Positions 29,201-41,900 of a DNA stretch of 64,000 nucleotides are shown here, one piece after another; within the stretch, counting starts at the first letter, position 1, and the number at the start of each line of letters is the position of its first letter. The stretch is from the NCBI GenBank assembly GCA_030704615.1, contig CM060734.1, positions 39,494,001 to 39,558,000 on the forward strand. The letters run 5' to 3'. This DNA is from Takakia lepidozioides. Lineage: Eukaryota > Plantae > Bryophyta. The notes below the pieces were generated by a model that did not search any database, was not told where the DNA came from, and saw nothing but the letters and a program-made list of their open reading frames with translations. The translations under genes were made by a program, and so were the position numbers.

Positions 29201-32200
29201 ACATGGTAGCAAACTTTGCGACATTGTATCAAAGCTTTGCGATAAGCCTATGTGCAAAAATAAGAAAGACAGTAAAAGAAAAATTATATGAAGGATTTAA
29301 AAGTCTAAGTAAAATCAGCTATGACTTCCACTTCAATGGATGGTCGTCTCATCAATAAATTTGATGGAAATAACTTCCATATGTGGAATCAAAATTAAGA
29401 TATTCTTGAGAAGGGAAAATGTCTAGTCTACCATCGTGGATGGATCAGAGCTTAGGCCAATTCAAAGATCATCAGTACTCCTTCCTGCAACTGGTTCAGG
29501 GAGTGTAACAGATTGGAAAGACAGGAAACTGAAAGCATTATCCACGATAATGTTTTTTTTAAAAGCTAATGCTACATCATCATAAGTGGGATTGGATCAG
29601 TTAATGACAATCTTTGAAACTAGAGATGCGACCACTAAAATGTACTTAAAACGTCAGTTTCAATATTTGAAAATGGCCGAATGTGATAGCATAGCTGATC
29701 ACATTAGTGCATTTAGTAATCTGGTCAACCAGCTTGCTAATATTGGAGTCGCAATCGATGAGGCCGAAAGATATTAACATTGTTTAATAGTCTTCCTCCC
29801 TCATATGAAGTATTCATAGTAGCTAATGGAAATAAGCCCAGTCTAACATTTCAACAATTAATAGGATTTTTGTTGAACGAAGAATTTGAGGAGAAAGACC
29901 GTAGGGATTTCATCAACTGAGTGAGCTTTGTATGTGGCCCTATGCAAACAAGTTCATTTCGAGGATCCGTATTTTATCACATTCATAGATGATTATAGCA
30001 GAAGGGGGAGAATGTATTTGCTTAAACTCAAAAGTGATTTTTTTTTTAACGCTTAAGAAATACAAAGCCATGGCTGAATTCAAACAGGAAAGAGGTTGAC
30101 AACCTTAAAAATTGACAAAGGGACTAGATATGTCTCAAAAGCTTTTAACTCATAGTATTCAAAATATGGGATTGCTAGACGAATGTCATCCCCATACTCC
30201 ACAACAAAAATAGGTAGCAGAACCCTAGTCGAATGTACTAGAAGTATGCTTCTAGCTGCAGGTCTTGATAATACTTTCTGGGGAGAGGCAATAAATACAA
30301 CAACATATATCAAAATAGAACTCCAACAGTTGTTATAGATGGGAAAACTCCAAAAGAAGTATGGTCTTGGATCAAACCATCAGAATATTTGGTAGTGAAG
30401 CCTTTGTTCACATTCCAAAAGAAAAGAGGAAGAAACTTGAATCAAGAGTAAGAAGTGCATTTTTCTTGAATATAATGATGTTACCAAAGGCTACAGATTA
30501 TATAATGAAGAGAATAAACGTCTAATCATAAGTCGAGATGTGGTATTTAATGAAAAATTGGAGGTTAAAGAAGGATCTATTTCTGGGAGTTTGAATTATA
30601 CTCAAAAGGATCCTCTACTACTACATCACTTGTTACTCCCATCTATAAGCACAATTGGTAGATGAGGGAGTTGAGCAAATGGAATATAATGAAGTTCCAC
30701 AAGATGAGCACTCAGATGATGAAGAAGGTCCTTATGGACTACAAGAAGAGAATACTAAACGAGATATAAGTCCACTAGGAGAACTTCCAATTATTCATCG
30801 AAATACTTGAGTAAGGAAACATCTCAAACACTCATTGAGTCAATGAGTGCAATTCAAGGGTTGGCTTCTGAGAGGCTAACTTCTGAACCTTTGACTTTGA
30901 AAGCAGTATTTACAAGAGAGGATGCAAATAATTGGCAAGAGTCGATAAATTATGAATATAAGTCCTCGATGAAGAACAACACTTGGACCCTTACATATTT
31001 ACCTTCTATTAGGAAGGCAATTGGATGTAAATGGTTGTTCAAGATTAAACTTAATGCTGATGGAAGAGTGAATAGACATAAAGCCCACTTAGTGGCCAAA
31101 AGTTATTTGCAAGTGGCTGGAGTAGATTTTCATGATACATTTTCACTCGTGATAAAATTACATCTATAGAATTGCTAGTTATGGCAGTTGCATATGACTT
31201 AGCGGTCAATCAAATGGACATAAAAATTGCTTTCCTTAATAGTTATCGTCAGGAAGATATAATCATGACTGTCAGCCAAAAGAACAGAGAAAATGGTACA
31301 TAAATCTCTCTATGGGCTGAAACAATCTCCTAGGGCATTGTATCAATGAATTGACAATTACTTGTTTGAGGTTGGGTAAAAAAAGAATACAATAGATTCT
31401 AATGTCTAGGTAAAGGAAAAATAAATAAAGCATTTATAATTCTTGCCTTGTATGTCGATGACGTTATCATACTAACTAATTCTATAACTCCAATGCCTGA
31501 AGCAAAGGCAGAATTGTCATCCAAATTTGAAATGACAAATTTAGGACCAATTCAATAGTGCCTTGGGATTCAAATATCTAGAAACTGGGCGAAGAATTCT
31601 ATTTGTACTTACAAGATGTACTTACGAGATTCCACATGGAGGTAAGCTTTCATCCATACCGATGGAGACTAGAGAGAAGCTTACTAAGAAATGAGCCCTA
31701 AAATAACTGAGGAGCAAAAAGGTATGTTAAATGTACCATACCAGAGTGCCGTGGAAGCATCATGTATGCAATGGTATGCACTCGATCAGACCTTGTTTAT
31801 GCAATGGGAGAGGTGTCTCAATTTCTATCGAATCCAAGACAAACGCATTGGAAAGCGGACATCTAATCACAATATAAGATATTGTAAGAAGTCTTCGAAT
31901 GTACTACAACTGGAAGGATATTGCGATTATAATTGGGCAGAAAACATTGATAGTAAGAGATCAACTACTCGCTATTGGTATCTTCTTGCCTCATGAGCTA
32001 TAAGCTATAGTAGAAGACAAAAGGTAATTGCACTCTCTAGTACCAAGACGGAGTATATGGCTTCTACACAAGCTTCCAAGGAGGCTATATGGTTAAGGAA
32101 GCTAATGAAGGACGCGAATCAAACTCAACTAAGTCCAATCCTGATCTGGTGTGATAATCAGGGCTACATAGCTCTATCCCAAAATCCAAAGTTTCATGCC

Positions 32201-32684
32201 CGAACCAAACACATTGAGATACTATATTACTTTGTACGGGAGAAGATTGGAAGTGGGGAAGTAGTGCTGAAGTATTGCAGCACTGAGGATATGGTTGCTG
32301 ATATGCTTACCAAAAGCTTATCAAAGCTAAAGCACGTCAAGTTCAAAGAAGTAGCAGCTTGGTTCTGAGCAAGGAAGAAAAAAATCCGAGGATCTGAGAA
32401 GAAATACTTGTTAGTTAGTTAGGGGGAGTATTGAATATAACTATCTAGCAATTATTGTCTAAGTTAATTGCCTATAGCCTAAAAGGCCATTACAATTAAG
32501 CAACCAATCAGATGTTAAGAGGTACATCTAGTAGTGACTCTTGAGTCGAATTGGTAAGAGCTCTGGGGAGAAGAACCATAGTAAGTATGGTGTCTTTGTG
32601 GTTGGCAAGAGAGCTCCTGATTAATAAAGCACATGGTATTTTCTAGTGTCTAATTCCTATAGCATGGTAGCATACTTTGCGACA
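29201..32684 (+). mobile_element. Degenerate Ty1/copia element C (5' LTR stub, PBS, gag, INT, RT, RH, PPT 32421-32428, 3' LTR 32429-32684)
   Basis: KFDGNNFHMW gag, KAIGCKWLFKIK, YVDD, FHARTKHIEI, MVADMLTKSL. The LTR end catggtagca(a/t)actttgcgaca is shared by 29202-29223 and 32663-32684. The protease region is deleted near 29930. Confidence 0.93.
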
Positions 32685-33411
32685 CACTATTCAGGAAGCA
32701 GCTTCCAGGTTAATTCATGCACGTACACAGACTCAAAATTTTATGGAACGACTCGGTGGTGAGAAGTCGAACTGCTCAGATGCCGAACTTGATGTCGATC
32801 ACTTGCCTCACTTACTTGGTCACAACTGTCACTGCAGCCAATACACCCCACTCACCACTTTTTCCACAGTGAACAATGAGAGCCGCCATTGGGATTCCCT
32901 TAATACTTCTAATCGTTAATCTCCATACCTTCTACTTCATCCAAATCTAAACTATGGCATTTCTCCCCTCCATCTCGACCAAATCCTGTCAATGGGGTTC
33001 CTCTCATTCCTCTCTAGTTACGTGATGTCATCGGTAAGCATTAGGGATGTAAGCATTAGGGATGTCGTCAGTAAGGATTGCCTGTCCCCTATCGAAAGAT
33101 GCCCTACTCATTGCCAGGGCCTAAGCTGGCAAAAGCCATCATGTAGCTCGTTATCTCATCTTTGAACCAACCATGACAGCGTCATATTCTAATTGCACAT
33201 GATATATGTGGTAGACAGCCATCATATCTTCAATCCCAACATGACGAGAACCATTTTCTGCCTTGACCTCCTTTTCCCCATTGCTACCTACTGCTGGAAT
33301 TAGCATGGCTCATGTTCCTGTGCTGTCTTTCGAAGATTCCAATTTTCCATACTATGATGAACACTCCATCGGCTGTGTTGAAGAAGCTTCATCCATGCAG
33401 CTTCAGCAGCA

Positions 33412-34472
33412 CTAGAAAATATGAACAATGTCATAGCAAATCTGAGTAATGTCAAGGGCACAGCTTTGGGCCAGGGTCATCACACATGCAGTCTCGCTGA
33501 AGTTACTCTAGTTTACTCGTTCAGAAAGCCAAAGTATTGTCAATGACAAAGGTATGGACATGCAGCAAAACAGAGCCAGACATCTAACAACATAACCTAG
33601 AATTGCCAGGACCATTACTTTGGTAGGATACGTCCAGAATAGTACGAAGGACTGTCCAACCAGCCCCCACACACAAGTTCAGTGCATCAATCAGTACAAG
33701 GTGCTGAGCATACATGCTTTTCCTACCATCACCTCCTTCAACACAGCAAACAGATGAAGAACTCTGCACCTAGGTTCCCCTAAAAACCTTTCATCTGTAA
33801 GGATCTTCACCAATCTAACAAAAACTCAACTCGACCAGATACTTTCATGGCAGAGGGGCGTCGTCGCTTAAATTAATTCACTCATTCCGCTACCCGTTTC
33901 AGCCATGAAACATAAGCAAGTGCATGTCCTCGAAAATTATGAGGAACAGCCTAAGAGCGCCACTGGTAAAGATACGGAGGGTCAAATGCCATGAAAGGTA
34001 ATCCGCTGCCATGAATCGAAGTAAGAGAAGATGTCGAACTTGGTTTTGGCTGCGATACCTGCTGATGCTAGTATCATGATCACAAAATAGCAAAGAAAGC
34101 CTTCGACTTCCGTCAGGGCTAGAACTCCTGCTATCACACCCCCCACAATAGACAAAAATGTGCGGCTGTGCCCCACAAGACATGCCCACTGTGTATCAGC
34201 TACACTCTCAGGTCCACTCAACTACTACACGCCTCATCTCCCTCCAATTCCTCGCTCAGGTTGGTCGGAACACTACCATCCATTGCAGCGCTTCAGCAGA
34301 TTGTTGGGCGACAGAGATATTCAATGCAGTGGAACACACCTCAGGTAGATAATCCGCATGTTGTGTTGAATGTTTTCAGCACTGTAAGCGGGGGGGGGGG
34401 CCTTTTCGCATCGTCACTCTTCTTCGATTCTTTCGAGGTAACCGGTGATGCGGAGCGCGATGCTGGTGCCAT
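33412..34472 (-). pseudogene. EMC6: ER membrane protein complex subunit 6 (EMC6/Rab5ip family), disrupted
   Basis: Exons 34472-34340, 34165-~33982, 33651-33632 and 33441-33412 give AENIQHNMRIIYLS|RTFLSIVGGVIAG...FDSW, SFVLFWT and YDIVHIF*. Lesions: C11 frameshift, premature TGA at 33982, 1-nt deletion in the last exon. Confidence 0.88.
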
Positions 34473-35975
34473 GGCTGCCAGAGCTCCCTTTCCCGTACAC
34501 TCTTCACTGCTCCTCACCTTCTTTCTACAAATCGCTTGATTCAACCTCACCCACTCACATCAAGTTGAAGGAATTCACAATTCATTCGGTCACTCGCTTC
34601 TCGCTGCCCTTGCAAGCACACGCATGTCCGTTGAATATCGCACAGAGGAGAACAAGTGAAAACATTGGGAACACTCTTAGCTTGAACTTGCACACAAACT
34701 CACACTCTCTTTAAAAATTCCACATTCATCCAATGCTGCAACGACAACGAACACTGTTTGAACACTAGAAAATCACCCAGATTCAGAGCCCAAAGCATCC
34801 TAGCAATACGCTATAATCATCCAATTTTTTTGCTTTCCAGCCATATGCAGAGTGGTTATACAAGAGATAGGTACTTAGAAGGGACTTCGTCTTGATTACT
34901 TATCACAAGAATAGCCAAAGGACAAGACGAATACACACCCTTTGACAATATGTCCTGCGCATAGAAAAAGTAAAAGAGCAGAGAGTGGGTGCATTAATAA
35001 GTTATGGGGGGAAACTTTGACCTCCCTCCATTGTATCAATCACAGTTTTAAGGTCTCAATCATGCACAGAATATAGACACAATTGAAGTACTTGGGAAGG
35101 TTAAGAAAATGACAGTCACCCGCTAATCCGATCGGATGTTGACTTGAAGTTTAAGTCAGTTGCAACATTGAAGGTCAAAATTACATGACCACCCAACTAA
35201 GACATCCAATTAAATGCAATTCATCTGAACTCTAGAAACAGAATATCAGTGCCATCAAGCATTAGAGCAGCAGTGCAGTAGACAGACATAAAACACATGC
35301 ATTATCCGATTTCATTTGGACCAGGTACTACCTTAGAGCTGAACAATCTAGCAAGGTGAAAGCTGAATGATTGCTTGCCCTGGTTGTAACTTGAAGGGGC
35401 CAAAAGATTGGGCCTGGAGAATTTGCTTCCTGTGTCATATTTGTTCCATTTCAGATTTAGCACTTGAAATGTTCAGAGCCACTAGTGTACTACTTCGCAA
35501 CCTCATACAAGGGTCCGGGCTCGAGACCACATCTTCTGTCCAATGTCTTAGTGAAGCCACCTGAAAACTCAACTAGAGACTCTCTAAATAAGACGGACAG
35601 CATCCACATCCTGAAACCAGGACAAAATGCAACCATCAAGAATGATATTTAAACAAGGGACCCAGAATGATATCAACCAGATTTGAGATAAAACCACAGG
35701 ACTGACTTCCCAAACTTAAATCTGGAAAATGCATCTACCTTTTTGCCCAGTGGAGTTGTGCCATGACCTGATTTCGCTTTGTGAATCTGTGCACAGATGC
35801 TCTAATCCAATTGTTGGGTTCTGCATATGGTAGGGACTACATAGGAGTTCAGAGTTTTGAAGTTATCTAATTTGGCTCAACTCCTATTTTGCTGATGCTT
35901 ATTAGTAGGAGAACATGGCACGAAGTGCGTGAGAAACCATGAGTGTCGAAAATACTGACTACCTTCACTACCTTT

Positions 35976-38900
35976 CTACTGATCGTCCGATATAGAGAGA
36001 GTCAACTTAATATTCATGGCTGCCAGCTCAGCAGCTAGATATCTAAAAACGTAGGGCATGGCCACCCTCTCGATGCCTCTACTAGTGTTGCACACACGAC
36101 AAATAACCTTGTTGCCCTTACCACCTCCAAAAGGAAGGCCTATACCAAACCCAACACTGCCTTTGCTGGGGGACAGAGGCAAGGGGGACAGAAGGCTACC
36201 ACAGAGTGAGCACACATCTGCTGTGTGGTAGTCTGAGCATGCATGCAGTCGGTCATGCAGCAAGAACGCTGCACCATGGGCCAGTAGGGCGTCACGCTCC
36301 ATCTCCCCAAACCGAATTCCTCCCCCAAATTTTCGGCCTTTTACTGGCTGTCTTGTTACTGGATTCACAGGCCCCATTGAACGTACCTGTTCAAGAATAA
36401 AAGGGTATTCATCACATATTCTTACAGGCCCGGCCAGCAAGTGCCCATACCTTGGAGCTTAAGCCTCTAAAACCAGGCCAGGAAAAAGAGCCATGTAAGG
36501 GCAGTTGGGGAAGAAAATTGGGTTCAGCAGACCAGTAAAATGCAGGCAAGTATCACCCTCAGAAAGGTCCACTTTTCAACTGCTTCACTAATGCCTCTCT
36601 GACAAGATACAAAAAGGGAGAACCTCCAAAAAACACCCCCCCAACCGTCTCTCCTCTCTTGCTCCTCAAAATGTTGATACCTGATACTTGTCAGACACCA
36701 TGTGTCGCAATCGCTGGTAGTAAACCACACCAATATAGATTTCACATTTGAGCTCTGTGCCCAGTAGCCCACTGTACATCACCTCAGTACCGTGGTGGTT
36801 GAATCCGTATGACACCAGCTGCTTCCCAACCTCATCGATTGCTGATCCTTGAGCACCTTTCAACTTTCTGGTCCTATCCTTACGACTTGAAGACCCTTTA
36901 GTCTCATCCAACTCCTTTAATTCACAGTTTTTGAAAGGTGTTGCATCGACAAAATGACCCCCCAAAGTGCCTGCCTGTTAACAGCAGGGAAAGGAAGTTG
37001 CCAGTAAGTAACATAGGTGTATATAACTAGGCGCATGTAGTTGAACTAAAGTACCCTACCTCTCTAGTGGGGAGCTTTGATTGCAAATTGCTCCAGAATG
37101 GCAGCAACCAACAAGCAAGAACAACAAACAATGTGTTGGAGAAAGCTTCCAAGTCATGCAAACAAGGCACATAGTCCTCCAGTACCACCATATCTAACAG
37201 TATCCTTGTGCTAGCTGATTTGGAGAAAGATTTATGTCAAGTTATAAAGATTGTACTCATAAGACATTGTTTGCCGTAGCCTTGTGGCCATTGACCCCGC
37301 GCCCAGTTTGAGCGGAAACAAAAGGGACAGAACCTACCTCTGTCAGGGGCTGACGTTGGTAGTAAGACTTACCTTCATATATAGAATTAATCCGGGTTTT
37401 CCAGATATCCTCTAGAAATCCCTTCACACAAGCATCAATCTGCTGTGTGTGATTTGCCCAAAAACTAGGCCTCAGGAGGGCCTGGGCTTTTGGCTCAGCC
37501 TCGAGATTTTCAAAGTTGGTAAACAGAGGTACAGGCACAATTCCCTTGATAGATTTGAAGAGAGCGTCTCTTTGGTGAGAGAACCCCGGACAGTGTATCA
37601 GAAAATGAATACTGTCTTCAGGTTGCCCACACAACGGGCAATTGCACTCTCCCTTTCCTCTCTGCTTCTGTTTGCTGCTCAAAGGTAGGCTTCCTGCCCT
37701 GAGTTTAAATTCAGTCTAGTGCCGAGAGTGGGTGGGTGTAAGAAGAGTTTACTCTTGGAAGTATTCGGAAATCAAGACCAACCATGGCTCCAATGTGAGG
37801 TTGCCAATGTGGGCAGAGGGAAAGCAACACACTACTAGACTTTCACCACAAACCAGGAGCCTTAACCATTTCAAACCAAGCAGTATATTCTCTGTCCTAT
37901 TGGTCTAGCACTTTCTCTCTCTATTGTTTGAGGAGGAAGGGGGAGGCACCCCAGAACGAACTTTTAGACACCAAAAACCTCAAGTCACTAACTTCACAAC
38001 CCAAGAATCGCCATCCCACAGTATGAGACACCAGACTATCCTCTCCTTTTGTTTCAAAGTTCTTGTTTGCCTTATTCTTTGTCCCCTGAGCTCTTTGAGC
38101 TCTTAACAGATGATATTAAGTGTCTGGCAACCTACGATCAAGAGGGACTCTGTCATCACCCAATGTTTAGTGTATTTTAATGTGCAGTTTTGATGTTCCA
38201 CTTGTCCATGGGTCGTGTGGACATTATAGCACAACCCTCATCCAAAATAGGAAAGACACAAGAAAGAGAGAACCACGCCGGTTTAATTCTATGTTGACTA
38301 GGAATACACAGGAATACCTTAGCAGCCATAGACTCCAAAAGCATTCCAATTGTCATTCGAGATGGAAATGCATGAGGATTGATGATGATGTCAGGACGCA
38401 TGCCAGTAACTGCGGAAAAAGGCATATCAACATCAGGCCATAGCTGTGACAGCACTCCCTTCTGACCATGCCGACTGCTGAATTTATCTCCTATCTGAGG
38501 GTTCCGGCCATGTCGCATCCGTATGGTCACCTGATAAGAAAAACATTACACTAGTGTCATGCTCTTGCAAATAAAGAAAAACTGTTACCACTAGTGTTGT
38601 CAATTCCCATATGGTAACCACCTGGCCAGTAGACTGCAGGATTATTTATGCTGGACATGGGCACCTATGTACGAAATTTCATTGTGACCACTTACACCCC
38701 CCATTTATGTTTCCCAATGCTGCTTCCAGATATTCCAAATGCCATCTGCCCTCCTCTGGACCACATGGCATAATCTTGAACATGAGTTTGACCCGGGACC
38801 AGCTACCACCTATCCACCCTCCCCTGACCACTGGGCTCTCAGTTGAAATAACCATCGTGTAGACTAGATCCTGCAAACCCACACACCTTTTGAAGTGGAT

Positions 38901-41900
38901 CCTTGTTGTGTGTCCCAACAGCAGCTACATAATCCACCACTGCAGCCTCGGAGCCCTTTATTTTTGACATCTTTGCATATCCAGTCATCGTATTCAATAC
39001 ACTACAGTAGGGATCTCCCTCTTCCAACACCTGTGACACCACATTCATAGAACTATAGAGTGGCACAGGTGGTAAAACATTGGCAGCCTGTTCCAAGATG
39101 GCAAAGCTTGCAGTCCTTCCACAGGCTCTCCGTCCGGAATATCCAAGATGATCATATCGCAAGAGCTGGAAGAGAGTGGCTATTGCTAGGAAGGAACTTC
39201 AGTGCATTCAAAGTCTTGCAAACCTTAGCAAAAATGGTCAAGGAGTTTGCCATAATTAGCAATGGAGCAGTAAACTCCTATCACAGGTAACCTAATGTAA
39301 TCTAGTCCTGGATGGGTATATGCAGGAAGTTGAGTCAGACATCCGAGATTAATCTAGCAGGTGTATGTGATACCTGGCCAATATGAGGAAGCCCATCATA
39401 GTCAATATATTTTGCTTCTTTTTCAGCAAGCTCTAGTCCCCTTGTCCTGCTAGAGGTCCCAGACCGTCTGAACACGTTCACAATGCCATCACCCTTCTGC
39501 CGCAATCGCGTCAAATCAATGGTCTCTGTCTGCAGCCACCCATACACAAACTGGTCACCCTTTGGCAAAGCCAGAAAAATGACAGGCAAAGAGTGGAGAG
39601 CTTGGAAATTTGGAGGTTGAAAGTGAACTTCTGCAACTCAAGTACCTAATAGTTTGGCTGTTCATTTAAATATGCATTCATTGAAATTTATACTCTAACA
39701 TTCAGATTCCACTGAGCAACACAATTACATCCGCCAGAGACAACCAACGGCTCTCAGCAAATCAAATAGATTCAGATGAGTGGACCTTATACACTTGCCC
39801 ATGACACATCCCACGCTCCATTGATGACTTGTTTAGAATCATGGCGTCCTCCATGTCATACCTTTGGACCGCAGCAACAACAACAACCACGTAACTACTT
39901 AGTGACTACACTATCTATGTAGTGAAAAACACTCTTGGTGGTGAGTGATGGTACACATTGCCAAGACTTCAATCATAGCAGTGGCTGTTACCAGCTCAGT
40001 TTCACCAGTGTAGCTGGGTAGAAGCAGAGTACCTCAAGGGATGAGTGCTGGCTAGTGGCAAGCACTGTCAAGGTCACCTTACTGGGTCCTTCTCAACATC
40101 CGACTCAAAAGGATCCCAGGCAACTGGCAATGTGTCAGGACAAGGCTCTGGAGAGGCCTTATATGGACCAGACTGCAGATGTACAAATTACTTAAGAAAG
40201 GAAATTATGCCCAGCCTCAGAATCTTTGAGCATTGAATGCATCAGACATGACCTGTCTAGCCCCCAGTAATATCTTTCCTGGTGCCTGAGTTTGAATAAA
40301 AGACCTTCCGTCCTTCCTTATGTCTGGCTACTTCAATGAGACTGTCCCCTCTATCGAGGGAAGATGATGTTCATAGATTGCAAAATTGATGGAGTGCTTC
40401 TATATTCTGCCAGTTCAGAGTAAAACTCCAAACTGGCATTTAACAAGAAATCCAGTCAAGGAAAGATAGATGAAGATTCAAAACACTTTGCGAGATGTGA
40501 CCATAGATCAGAAAAGCGTAAGAACAGATTCCAGAGAACAGTAAATAGACAACGAAAGAAGACAAAACAAAGATAATGTCAGTGTAAAAACTGAAAGAGT
40601 AGGCAGATAAAGAAACCGACAAATACAACTGCAGCCTTGTACCTAGAGAGTCAATTGCAGAGTACAAGACAATCCAGCTATTCCCTGATATAGCCATCAA
40701 TAGCTGCTAAGACTCCCACTGACTTCATAAGTTCCCGGCATTCTGAATCCATACCCAGTGTATGCAAGCACAGCTACAATGGCATTGGTGCCTGTTGGAA
40801 ATTGATCCATATGGTACTTGTTCCAAGCTGCTGTTTGTGCCACAGGTCTTTGAGGCGTCTGCAAGCAAAAAGGGCAACATCACACTTCAGTGCACAATAA
40901 TAGCTTCTAGCACACAGAAATAAAAAAACAATGGTTTTCAGTGAGTGCAATCGGCTGGTGCACAAATACCAGACAACCCTACTGCCTCAACACGGCAACC
41001 TACCAGGTCCCATTTCCATCTTAGATACACATGATACAGATATAAAGAAGCAAGAAGGAACTTACATCCACAGGAAGCTCAAGGAGTTTCTGGGGCCAAA
41101 AAGCAAAGAGAAAACAAGACAGAAAATTGGGCACCCCAACAGCCAGCCACCACAGCCACAATAAAAGAGAAAACAAACAGACCTTATGACATCCACAGAG
41201 CAAACTTCTGCGAATTTGTAAGCACAAATCATTGGGAAGCAATTAACTATTCAAATCTTTTCTCTTGTACACAAGATTTGATGACACTAAAAAATGCTCT
41301 AATGCATGCCTTGATCATGAGAAGGCAGCACAGGCAACAGAATCAGCTAAAACCTGTGCATTTGAGACCACGCCTAGCAGCTTACTGCTCAGAACACACA
41401 TCATTTCTATCTGTAGGTTCGATTCATCGACTTGCATGCAGATCCAAATGTTCATCCACATGATCTCTTTTCATTTTGATTTAAGACGCACCTGAAGGCG
41501 GTACAGCTTGTTGTCGGTGCGGAATGGCAATGATTGAGCAGGAAACCCCATCGTTTGTTTACCCATCTGCAACTCAGGACTAAATCAACTGTATGCTCTT
41601 AATTCAGCCTGAAATCTCAAGGGTTCATTGCTGGGCTTGGAAAAGGCTTCTTCCAGGCAGTACAATAACTTAGAGATTCATCAACAGTGTAAAGACCTCA
41701 TTGGCAGCTTGTTTACGAGTGGAGCACATGGCATGCTGAAAAACACAAAATGAGGTAGTCCGTGACCTGGCATTGGTACATGTTACGAGGGCTCTGATTG
41801 TGATCTGACCATGGTGTCAGGCTAGCTACCACACTCAGCATGGCTGTGGGATGTGTCTCCTCATGTGTTGCCGTAGAGACAGCATTTTCTCTTCCTCCTT

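Noticed and set aside
38143-38317. NRPA2 donor GTATTCCT as a U12 site
   Set aside because: It departs from GTATCCT, and I saw no U12 branch point before the downstream acceptor.
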